This document shows positions 1 to 11,218 of a stretch of 36,751 nt of DNA, one piece after another. The position numbers and the translations under genes are program-made. The notes beneath the pieces were generated by a model. The model ran no database searches. It was given only the letters and a program-made list of their open reading frames with translations, and was not told the DNA's origin. Source of the DNA: Atractiella rhizophila (lineage: Eukaryota); the NCBI GenBank assembly GCA_021432655.1, contig MU271637.1, forward strand, positions 1 through 36,751. The letters run 5' to 3'. Within the stretch, counting starts at the first letter, position 1, and every line of letters starts with the position of its first letter.

Positions 1-11
1 TTAATATGCAG

Positions 12-875
12 ACTGTGACCGCCTACATGAAGCATCAAATGCCTCCACGATATTGGAATGACCTCATACCAGACTACGAGCCGGGTTGCAAGAGGACCGT
101 TATCGATCCAGTCGCAAACGGATACCTCAATGCCCTCTGGAAACCGAATTTGCACGTTTATCGTATGAAAAAAGTCCAAGTTGTCGACAAAGGCGTCGTG
201 CTCCCTGATGGTCAACTGCTTCGTCATATTTCAGCAAATACAGAGAATCTGATTCTGGTTGAATATAGAGAGCATAGTCAATCTTGACGTCCTTATATAC
301 GCTACCGGGTTCTCAGTCGCGACCGACGGTCTTACGCTAAATATCGGAGGGAGGACAGATCCTCTTCCTAAATATTGGCAAGACAGAGTCAGTATTGACC
401 TATCACTCAAATCATCCCTAACCCTACGTTTCGCATTAGGGTGGTCCAGAAGCCTTCATGGGGATTCTCGTTCCTTCATTCCCGAACTTCGTCAGCCTAG
501 TAGGCCCAAACTCTATTACAGGGCATCAAAGCGTTATCGCTTTCGTCGAAAGTCAATGCACCTACATCGAACAGCTGATTTTAGGCATGTTCGAGAAGGA
601 CATTGGAACATTTGAAGTTCGCGAAGACGTCTGTCGCGACTATAACCAAATGTTGAAAGGTCGGCTGGAGCAGAGCGCAATGAATGGGAGCTGTGTTGCA
701 TGGTATAAGACGAAAGACGGGAAAAACACCACTGGCTGGCCAGGTACTTTGGTACGTTTCGTTTCTCTCAACCTTGTGTCATGTGTGGCTGACCGCTAGT
801 GGTAAGGCCGAATTCTGGTGGAGGACGCGCAAAGTTCATTGGAACGATTTGGTCACTTCTAAACCGTTACACTGA
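12..875 (+). CDS. Flavin-containing monooxygenase (Baeyer-Villiger/FMO family), 3' part; gene starts upstream of the window
   Basis: Removing introns 211-268, 388-438 and 752-806 gives a continuous frame: LIPDYEPGCKRTVID...LDVLIYATGF...AFMGILVPSFPNFVSLVGPNSITGHQSVIAFVESQ...GSCVAWYK...GKNTTGWPGTLAEFWWRTR. GCKR, DxxxxATGF, FPNFxxxxGPN and CxxWY/NxxxWPG are hallmark C-terminal BVMO motifs. Stop TGA at 873-875. Confidence 0.92.
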
Positions 876-1871
876 CAACTTTGACATCGCTTGTGTGCAG
901 GAGCTTTGTTTGTCTGCAATTCATCTTCATCGTACGTTACATCTCTACGTCGTCATGTCGGCTCCCATTAGCAAATCCTTACAAAGGCCATTTTGCCCAT
1001 GCTTAGCCACCAGGCAAAGGTTTCCGTCAAAGCAAAAGTACAGAAAGAAAGCGAGAACTGAAACGCATCTCTTCCAGTCCAATCAATGAACATTAAGCAA
1101 CGTCCATTCCAGTCGCTCTCTTCAAAATAATGAAGTACCGTTATTTCTTCTCATGTCTTGTACCAATCTCACTAGTAAGAGGGACCTCGCAATACGGTTG
1201 TCACTTGTTATGTAGCAGTTGAGGAGAACAGATTCTACCGAGTCTAACGCATCCTACCAACTGGAAGAGTCGTCGTGAACCAGCCCCTGTGTGCGCCTTC
1301 GATCGCATCAACCGAGATGATGTATTTCAAGCCATTTCCTTCTTCAACCAACCACCACGTCAATGACTGGAAAACCTTTGAGGCAGAGCTGGTTGATACC
1401 TATGCGCTCACTTGTACCTATTAGAATATCTGCTGAAGGGAAGAAGTCGGGAACTGTTCGAGGTCGAAGAAGTAGAGCGCAATTGTCATGGTAAAGGTAG
1501 ACGGTGTTGATGTTGATGTTGAAGCCAGCCTCAGGGTTCGAATTGAAGTTCTGACAACAAGGAATGGCAGGAGCTGAGTGTCGCGAGTTTAACTTCCAGT
1601 TTCAAGTCACATTGAGAGTGTAAACTATTGAATGATAATAATCATGACATCTGATCAAAGAAGCTAGATGTTCTTACATGCACCGTATCAGAGACATCGC
1701 TTTGATCCCTCCTATTATGCGGACGTTCCCAAATCACTTTAATTTCCACCCCGTGCATACATCCTAGCACAGTCTTGGGGGGATCAACTGCGACAGCTTC
1801 CATAAAGAAATGACTTTAGAAGGGCAGTGTAAGTAGCCTCTTGGTGGAGGAAATGGGGTAAATAAAGTCCT

Positions 1872-2801
1872 TCAATCACTCTTTTCTAATCGGTACCTCT
1901 GTCTCCACTCCCGTTCAAGAATTCCACTACAGACCGTAAGGGCACCATACAGACATAAGGAAAGAACAGACTCACAGACAGTGGTTGTCGTAGAACTTCC
2001 CCCCAACTTTCAAAATGTAGAGTTGTTGATCAGTGACATCTAAAACTGATTGCGCAACTCAAACAACGCACGGTAAAAGCACTCTCGTTGTATACCTTCC
2101 GTTTTAAAGCCGCTACCCGTAACCGTAAGTATGCAAGACATGATAAACCTAGATTGTAGGAGACAAACATCGATTTGTACAGTTTTTTAGCGGGTTCGTT
2201 CCACGACAATACATCCCCAGACACCTATACCATCATAATCATCTTAAGTACACCGCTTTTGAAGAATTCAAAGGCACCACCAACCTTGTGTAGCCCGTAA
2301 TGTTCGAAGCCTTGTTCAAGGAGCCACAACAAAGCTTCTTTCCCGTAACCCTTTCCTTGATACCTGATCTTCTGGATCAGGAATAGTTCTATGGATGGGG
2401 ATTCATGAAAATGCACTCGGAACCAAGTTTAATGGCGAAGCGAGAGACGGGGAAGCGTGTTTCAGCAGCAGAGAGCGACATTTGACCAATCACTTGTCCT
2501 GCTTTCTTTTTCCCTTTTCCCTCGCCTTCTTCATCACTGACGAGGCATATAGTGATGAAATACGGGCTCTTCTCATGATTTGCAAAGTATTGTTCCCAGC
2601 GCTCGGTCGTCATCGGCCTGCATCGTTTTCTCAACACAGACGGGGAAGAGATCAGGAGGGATAAGCAGACCTCGTCTCCAGATGTGACGCCAACAGTGCA
2701 TGTTCATCGAATATTTTGACAAATATTGGAATGTCGGACTTTTCACTGGTGCGATAGGCCAGCCGCTCTGAGTGGAATTTTACTACTGGTACTGTCGACA
2801 T
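1872..2801 (-). CDS. GNAT acetyltransferase, RimJ/RimL-like (Acetyltransf_3), multi-exon
   Basis: Spliced product: MSTVPVVKFHSERLAYR...YFITICL...VIGQMSL...YQGKGYGKEALLWLLEQGFEHYGLHK-VSGDVLSWNEPAKKLYKSM-GFKTEGIQRECFY-LGGKFYDNHCL-GILEREW. It carries the acetyl-CoA-binding QGKGYG motif and the NxxAxxLY/GFxxEG motif. ATG at 2801, TGA at 1872-1874. Confidence 0.88.
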
Positions 2802-3249
2802 CCTAGTAGGATTGATATTGATATTGGATCAATGAATCTGTCCCAACGAAGTTGATTCTTTTGTGCCACCAGGGCGTTATAAAGCAGAATCTCGGAGTAT
2901 ATCGATCGCGGAGTCATGAGAGGGTAAAAGCATGCCAGAGCACGCAGCGTATCCGACTCGGAGTGTATCATAACGCCGAGGCAAAATTGCGAGAGGAGTT
3001 GAGATGTAAAGGTGGCTGAGTCTGAATAAAGCAACTATCGCTCATTAATAGAGGACCTACTAGCAGCCCCCCACCTCATCAAATACAGTCTGAAGGTTCT
3101 GTGAATATAGTCTCGCTAGCTATACACCAGTTCATGCGGAAGTAAAATGAATTAAGAAAGACAGCAACACACAGTGCCGTGAATTGTGAAGAACAAAAAG
3201 AGATATGGATTTGAGATGCTGCAGCAAATTTTTCGGAGCACAATACGTA

Positions 3250-5917
3250 CTAGTCAGCAGTGTCAAGGAAGAAAAACGAAGGTTTGAGGGAGGAAATGGC
3301 TTCGTTCACTACACGTCCTTTTGCAAAACGAAAAGCAAGACGATGGACCGGTGATGACTTTTGCGGCCTCTTTGTGATCTCGACCTCTCCCCTCTCCAGG
3401 GCCGCGAAGTCAATTATCCCACAGCTCTCATCCCATCTGACTTCTTCCCATCTTGGTTTCCCATCCTGTGCTCTACTAGGTTTGAGCTGTCCCACCTCTG
3501 CCCTCTGCTTCGACAATATTGCTGACATCTGTGGTAACTGAGTGGTACCAAGATTGTGCATCCTGTTAAACACTTGGAAGAGGGCTCGGAGTTCAGCGGG
3601 CGAAAGGTGGAGCGCTGAATATTGTGCATGAGGGGGTCGTACTGGACAGGAAGGTGAACTATTAGAGGCGGAGGGATTGGGTGGAGAGCGAAGCGAAGAT
3701 ACATGCGCGCGAGAGGAGTGGAAGGTACAGGAGGTGGATCGATTTTAGGAGTCGACAGAAAGGCGACAGAGCACTTTTGATCGAGGTCTAATATTATACG
3801 TTGTGCTTGGAAAAAATGACGAAGGTCATCAGCGTCAGTCGGGGTTGATAAGTTCTTCTTTGTCGTTTGAAGGAGAGCGATTTAGGATGGAGGGAGAGTT
3901 TTGAGAAATTATTTTTGTACCTGTGTAGCCATAAATGTGTGATCGAGTCAACGATAGATGAGATGTGTCTCACAGTTGAGCAAGGGTCGAACCAGAAATT
4001 TCCCTGGAAAGATATTCAGCGACGTGGTCCCAAATCCGCACAGTCCATCGTTCTATCTCGTCAGATACACATCGCTTGGCTTGAAGGACTTGGGGTATTC
4101 GATTTCCCACCCCTTCTATGACCCTTCGGAGAACAAGGATATCACGGTGATTAACGTATTGGATCAAGTCGTCCCTGAAAACTGCGACAACTTCCGCACA
4201 CGCCTGCTCTAACGAGCTCGTTGGCATAGACTGAGCCACTTCTTTGTTCAGCTGGGCAGTGGGAGGGGTATGTGAGCTTGTGGACGAGAGTGAGTCTCCA
4301 ATCGCTCTAGTGAAAGTAGGACAGGAAAGGGGCACTGTTGGAGGCGTTGGCTGCGAAAGGAAGAGGTTGTGCGGCATTTCTCGTGCTCGAACTTAGAGAT
4401 GGACGCGTTTCCAAGGCAGGCGGCGCGGAGGTCGATGTCCAGGCGGCATTCGAATGCGGTACTTTCTCCAACTCATCTACTTCCTCTTCCTTTGCGCCAT
4501 CACTACCGCCTACGAAAGGTTTCCTAAATCCTTCACGTCAGCCTTCACCACCCTACGTCCAAAATCTGAACGTGTAAATCAAGAGACTGACCTCTCCTCC
4601 TCCGGCAATCCTACCCCGATCGGCGAGCAGTCTTCCCTCTTCAAGCTCTCCACATCCTCTCGCGTCACGCGAAAATATCTTCTGAGCATCCACACCATCT
4701 CTTCCTCTTCTTTCTTCGTCGCGCTTGCACCACCGACCGGATTTAGATCCTCATTCTGATTCATATCATCCCCCGAATCCACGAGCATACACCTGGGTAG
4801 ACCGACACAGGAATTTTCATGGACTACGCGACAGAACCGTTGTATGCTCACGGGGTAGTTCCTCATCTCTCCCGCTCTCTCATTCTCCTTCACAGCCGCA
4901 TTTTCTTTCCCCTCCCTTTCACTCAGTAATTGAACTTGTCTTCTAACCCTCGCCTTCTCCAAGCCTATTGCCTTTTGGACGCTTGTCCAAGCGTTCCATT
5001 CGTCCATAGCCTCTTTCCCCAAGGCGTTCGGCTTGGAAGTAGAAGTAGAGGAGGGGACGGAGAAGCGGAAGGAGAGGCACGAAGGGAATTCAGGCATGGT
5101 TGTTGAAGGTGGTGGTGGAGGGAGAAGAGGGAGAAGAGACGAGGGAAGATTTTGGGCCACACCACCTCCTTCAAAGGCTGAATTGGCTTCTGCGGTCCCG
5201 GTTCAGGTTGAGGTTGCTGTAGACGAGCGTCTTGCTGAGTGGACGCGTTGGAGCTAGATGAGGTCGAGGGGTACAGGGGTCCTCGAAATTTCTTGCATGT
5301 TGCGTTGATGGCTGGGGAGCGCCCGTACGCATGCTCCCGGTAACGTTTGAAAGCTTCGAGGATGCCGAGTGCCTTCATGATTCGCTCGACGTGTCTAATC
5401 GGTTCGGCGGTGCTTATGAGGCCCACAAGACAGTTTGGGATGCCTGTCCGGAGCGTGATAAGTCTGTTCATCAATGCCAGTCAGTCAACCCATATGCCCC
5501 TGGCGACAATTGGATAAACGATTACGGCAGTAATAGCGAATAATGACGAAGAAAAGAGTAATAGAAGGAAAGACGAACATGACAAAACTCCCATAACGTT
5601 TCTTCGACTTCGTTTCCACTTTCTCTCCTCTTGCCAACGCTTACACTGCCTTCAAATGAGCCATCCCTCTTTCTTTTCCTGCCCAGCGTTCTGCTCCGCT
5701 CCTTTTCCTTTCTCACAGCCAATCTCAGCGCCTCGTAGTCCAAGAAGTCGACGATGAGTCCCATGTCGCTCGTCTGTCGTATCGCGTCTTCGTCGCCCGC
5801 GAGACAGTCAGGGAAGCGCGGAGCGGTGCTCTGGGGGTAAGCCAAGTGCTGGTGCGCGTGGTGCGCTTGGCAGTAGTTCGATAGCGACGCAGGCGGCGCG
5901 AGGGGTGGGAGGGGCAT
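3250..5917 (-). CDS. Hypothetical multi-exon protein of unknown function
   Basis: Consecutive minus-strand ORFs (5522-5929, 4965-5474, 4579-5160, 3970-4377, 3414-3704 extended upstream to ~3912, 3250-3573) can mostly be joined in phase by plausible GT-AG introns (e.g. CT|gtgaga...acacag|G near 3970-3913; CA|gtacga...taacag|G near 3643-3563; a pyrimidine-rich intron at ~5034-5162). No family motif recognised; it could be two genes. Confidence 0.55.
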
Positions 5918-7593
5918 CCTCGTCTCCAAGTTCTTTATGCGAAGATGAAGCCGTCAACTGTTGCGTGCCTTGAGTGCCTCGAGGTAGATATAAATATTGT
6001 CTGAATAATACCGCTCAGAGTATTACTCAAAAGTTCAAGTTGCTGGTCAGAACATTGCTGGCTACGCTAACTTGAAGAAGCCAGCTCCTTCGTGTGGTTC
6101 AAGTCGGTCGGCGGGGGCAAGCCAAGAAGGAAGAACGACGAACAAGTTCGGACAGGATTGTTCAATTCGAGTAGAACAACTGCCGTGATCTGGCGAGCAC
6201 TATCTGGGTTTGAGAACTTAGAGGGAGGGTAACATGGGTCGGATAAGATATGAAGCTTATCAAGGGTGCTGGTTGATACGTGGCTGAAAAGGTCGGAACT
6301 TGAAAGCAACTGTGACTGGTGTGTAACATGATCTCAAGTTTGCTTTTACCAAATCAAAGAGTCCTATTCTCCTTTCCAAACGTTGTAAAAGCTTGGAGCA
6401 TCAGTTGCGCTCACGCTTGCCTATCGCTGCGACTTGTTAGTCTTCCACAGATTGGGGCGTTGAAAGCTCAGTTAGCATTGAGCAAGCGCGAAATGTCCAC
6501 AATACATCTCTGACTTTCCGGTTGAACCGTGGTTGCTACTGCAATCAAGCCCTCCAGGAAATGGAAATAGTTCCAGTCATAGGGCTGACATTCATTTCAG
6601 TTTCAACCCATCAGCCCATCACAAGCCTAGCAATCATCGTCTCAGGTCATCACAGCAGTTCCTGCGTGTCATCACGTTATCACTGGAAAGCGTTAAATGC
6701 ATGCATTATGGCACTCTTCACAAGCGGACGGACCGACGGGAAGGATTTCAGCTTATTCATCGATAGGATATCCCACGGCAAAGATTTCTCATTCTCTGTA
6801 CAGTTCCGTAGTTTGTACACCTCGAAGGCAGAAAGAATGCGTTCTCCTCATACGTCTATTCTCTGTTACGCTTATTCAGTGCTTCCTTCACCGTTTCTCA
6901 CCGAGAAACGGGAAGTTCTTTCCTGGCAACTCCACTGGTTGAAAGGTAGTAGGCTTTGGGTCGGGAGCCTTATAGCCTTATCAACTATACAGAGACAATG
7001 GGATGCTGAAACCTCATTAATTTTGTGATGTGCTAATCTTGTGCTGTGCCAATTTGGTGATGTGTCCCTCACCTTTCTCAACGAGGAGGAGTGGCAAGAG
7101 CAAAGGGAGAATCTGTGAACCAAACAGGTCCATCAGCAAATTCGTTGCTGCAAGACAATGAATGAGACGTGCAACGATGCACCACTCCCAACTTCTCGCC
7201 AGATGGACGAGTGAATGAACGAAGCGCGCAAATATCCTGTAATCTTGGACTCGCCCTTTCTCGCCGAGGAGAGAAGTAGACTGAGGAAGGATGCCCGGAG
7301 GCTTCCTCATCAGGTATTGCAAGACAATGACATATCAATACCTCAACAGTCCTGTCCATGTATGTTTTTCGAGTACCCCGTCATCGTTCATTATTGCTGC
7401 TCGTTTGAGGATCGTCCGTCTGCCGAACATTCCAGCGCCAGTTCATCCACATCTTTTGCAATCGATTACAAACCACACTTACGGTCGTTCCACTGATGCT
7501 TGCGCGTTCTTCACTCTCCACCCTGCTTTGCACCCACCAGTTTTCGTTTGCTTACTCTTTACATCCCTACTCTCCTTAGCAGGTATGTGTGGA

Positions 7594-7600
7594 TATAAAA
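7594..7600 (+). promoter_or_regulatory. TATA box upstream of the ADH gene
   Basis: TATAAAA about 85 nt upstream of the ATG at 7683, preceded by a pyrimidine-rich tract. Confidence 0.5.
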
Positions 7601-7682
7601 GTGGCCTCGATCAAACCTGTAAGACGATTAACAATCCTCATATCCTGCTCTTCAGCTTTGCTCACAGATCAGAAACCAAAGT

Positions 7683-9175
7683 ATGATTAGTGTCCCGGAG
7701 AGATTTACAGGCCATGCCGCCTTGACTGAAGAGGAAGGAAAGAAGCTCGACTTGAAGTCATCTGGACTTTTGCTCCAAAGAAATTTGAAGAGGATGATGT
7801 GACAATCAAAATTACTCATTGCAGGTCTGTACCCCTTTAACATCAAGTCTTGATCTTTTTCTGACATTATTTGTGAAAAATGGAAGTATTTGCGCAACCG
7901 ACGTCCACCAGTTGACAAATGGATGGAAAAACTTATATCCTCAGGCATATCCTTGTGTCTGTGGGCACGAAATTACGGGAGTGGTTGTGGAAGCTGGAAA
8001 GAAAACTGGGCACGCCATTGGCGACAGAGTTGGAGTGGTGTGCCTTCTCTTTTCTCTTGGGTGTGACAAATTCGCTTACTTCGCAAATCAAATTAGGGAT
8101 ATCAATCTGGCTCATGCATGCAGTGCGCTTGGTGTAAGAGCGGCAATAACCAATATTGTGATGGTTTCCGTGCGCGTTCTCACCTGCGCATCCGATGTCC
8201 CAGGTTGGAGAATCCAATCGGCTAACAATGCGTTGCGATCTTGAACATAATGTACAGGTGCCACAATGCAAGGTGTCTTCGAGGATGGAACCGTAGGACA
8301 AGGTGGGTTTGCAGATTACATTAGAACGAAAGGCGCCTTTGCGGTCAAACTACCCAACGGACTATCGAACGAGGAAGCCGCTCCTCTCTTCTGTGCAGGG
8401 GTAACCGTCTGGAGTCCGCTCAAGAGGTTCAACGCTGGCCCTGGAAAGAAAATAGGCGTCATTGGCATCGGTGAGTTTGTACCCTTTTCTTTACCATGGC
8501 CCTTACTGTTTGACGACGGGAAGGCGGTCTAGGACACCTTGCGCTCATGTTCGCCAAAGCGATGGGAGCGGACACCTACGCCCTGTCCTCAAGTGATGAG
8601 AAGAAGTCTGATTGCGAAAAGATGGGAATTGATGCCGTTCGTCCTTCTTTCGCTTCAGAACGTCGTAGTAAAATTCTCTTCTAGGAACACTATATCAACT
8701 ATTCGAACCCAGAAGCGACGGTACAATCCCATCGCAAATCGTTCGACATGATTCTCTCTACCGCTTCATTGAGAGCTGGCAGCGGAATATCGCTGCAATC
8801 CCTCTTTTTCCCATTGGTCAAACCCTACGGCTCCTTCGTCATAGCTGGAATGCCAGAGGATAAATTGGAGCAAATGTACGGCCAAGCCTTCATGTGGAGC
8901 ATCTCTCTCACTGGAACCATCATCGGGTCTCCCAAGATGATCGAGTACGCAGCTCGGTTCTTCTTTCGTCTGGTAGTCTCACGTAGTGGCTCGATTTAGG
9001 GAGATGTTGCAGTTCGCTGCTCAACACAATATCAAACCTTGGATAGAGGTTCGGGACATGAAGGATGTTGTTCAAGCTTTGAAGGAAGTAGAAGCTGGAA
9101 AACCGAGGTGAGATACACCTTTCTTTCCACTCCCCGCTCACGACTACTAGGTATCGCTATGTGCTCAAGAATTAA
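7683..9175 (+). pseudogene. Zinc-dependent alcohol dehydrogenase, cinnamyl-alcohol dehydrogenase/ADH6-like (MDR family); frameshifted in exon 1 as assembled
   Basis: Spliced motifs: ITHCSICATDVH (catalytic Zn), CGHEITGVV, GDRVGVGYQSGSCMQCAWCKSGNNQYC (structural Zn), GGFADY, AAPLFCAGVTVWSPL, GVIGIGGLGH, C-terminal GKPRYRYVLKN*. The ATG-7683 frame (MISVPERFTGHAALTEEEGKKLDLK) is out of phase with WTFAPKKFEEDDVTIKITHC and stops at ~7800. Family call is high confidence; pseudogene versus sequencing error is unresolved. Confidence 0.85.
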
Positions 9176-9489
9176 ATACCAGCGATAAGATGATAGCACT
9201 TAATCCCTCGCTGGTTTACCATGCGAAGAGAATGCGCCTCCAATTGTTCCCATCAAATAACGTGTAGTGCAACTATGGATTCTCTTAAGTACAGTGTGGC
9301 ACACGACCAACCACATCCTGGTGATACCAAACATAAAACGTGTTATCCAAGGCACTAAGTGCCGTTCTAGTATCCAACATTTCTCTCGCCTTCTGTACTG
9401 CCTCGATGGAGGTACAAGAGAGGGGACGTGGAGAGGCGGTGTTAGTGTGTCGTGATCAAGGTAGAATGGTGGGAAGGAATAGATGCTTG

Positions 9490-10870
9490 TTAAAGATGTG
9501 GGTCCACTTCCGCTTCCCTGTCTGCGAGATCCCTCCATGCTCCCACGGACTGAGAATTCCAAAACCCTTCCTTTGATTCCTTCCCTTCATCTCCTGCCAA
9601 TACGGACACGCTCTGGAGTTCCCGCAAAGCCTCTGAAAACCCTAAACCATCTCTCTTCGCCCTGTACTTCGGAAGGGCGGTGTCCTCGTCGTTGAAGGGT
9701 CGCTCTGGTTCTTGATCACAATTCCATGCCGGAAGAGCCTGGTCCATTGGTGGTAGCACTAGCTGCCCATGTTGGTCTCTAACCGGGCGCCATTCCCATA
9801 ATCGTTTGAGGACAGGACAAATATCTTCATACTCAGCAAGCAAGCCGGCACCAGGTCCGATAGCCGTCATGGATGAGAGTCTTGGGTGATTTCCATAGAT
9901 GCAGAATGGAATCGAAACCGCCATTTTGACACGGGTCCTGCTGGTAATAGGGTCAGATGGATCAGCTCGAGGAGGGAAGTGATCAGGGCTGAGGAGGATA
10001 GGGAGGACAGGGAGTGAAATGGAGGGGAGTCTGTGATTCCAGATTAATTGATATGTCTGCATTTCCTTCTGCACAATAGCCTCAGGTCGCTACTTTAGAA
10101 AAGGAAGGCAGAGAACGAACAAAGTAGTATTCGGGTCAACCCGGATCCTGGAGATGCAGGTTCAGTTTACGAATTCGATACGCCATCCATTCACGTTCAA
10201 ACTTCAATACGGCTCTTAAGTCTTCAATGATGGGCATGAACGTCCAATGGGCCAGATTGTAGCTGGATTGTAGCGATATGCATGCTGCAACGATCACCAT
10301 GAAACCAAGCCAATCAAGGTAAGAACGGATACTCACCTGGAAACATATTTTCTGGTACGAAAAGCCCCCTATCCTTGTCAGTTCGACTGAGATTTACTAT
10401 GCGTAACTTTTGTTCTTCCATCATCTCGAGCTAGGATGTTTGTCAGCACGTTGTGTTGCTCAAGGAGAACTCTGTTGACGTACCAGTCCAAAAACTTCTG
10501 GATAACCAGTATTTTGCGGAACTACTTCACAATCGTGCAAACCGATAGTTATTCCAGTAATAAGACACATTTTCCCTTGATAAATGCGGTTGAAAGCCTC
10601 GTGAATGTAACTGCCTGACGTTTCGCTAACGCAGAGGTCGGGACAGGACATGTCAGGCTAGAAACACAAGAAGTCAGGAACATCTCAAAGTTGAAGAACT
10701 CCATAAAACTCGATAGTACTAGTAAGGCATATCATTGGAGACGGAGACCTCATATTCACGAAGACATCTCGCGACCTATAAAAATGTGTTGGGCAACAGT
10801 ATCAACTCCGCAATGGGTCGATTCTTGTAGACTAGGATAGACACCAAGAAAGTTTCACCAGACCCAGACA
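9490..10870 (-). CDS. Hypothetical multi-exon protein
   Basis: Protein-like ORFs 9490-10074 (194 aa), 10136-10336 and 10460-10651 lie on the same strand, separated by short gaps with donor/acceptor-like sequences. The 5' end is uncertain and no family was recognised. Confidence 0.45.
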
Positions 10871-11218
10871 TACTTATGGAATTGTACAGGTTGCAGAAGT
10901 CAACTTAATACTGGAAAGGGAGGGATGGCAGTTGTTGTGCTCCTGTTTCACTGAAATGACTCGTTCGATCACAGGGGAAATCACGTGGGATTATGTAATA
11001 CCTTGTTACACCTATAAACAGCCGACAGGGCAACGATTGACTGTCCTGGATAAGTGTGCCACAACACTTTGACAAGAGATGAGCGATGAGGACGAAAGCT
11101 ACAGCGGTAGCGACGTTTTGACAAGGGAATGTGCGAGAAGCATGTGCATCATGAACATCCAAGTAATTACAATCGACCCAGCAGGCACCACATCCGGCTT
11201 CCTCCTTCTGACATACCC

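Noticed and set aside
1240..1620. Possible small minus-strand gene between the monooxygenase and the GNAT
   Set aside because: Short open stretches exist, but I could not establish a start codon, consistent splicing or any motif.
6000..7590. Overlapping short ORFs (60-170 aa) on both strands
   Set aside because: No recognisable motifs or coherent exon chain; treated as the divergent intergenic region.
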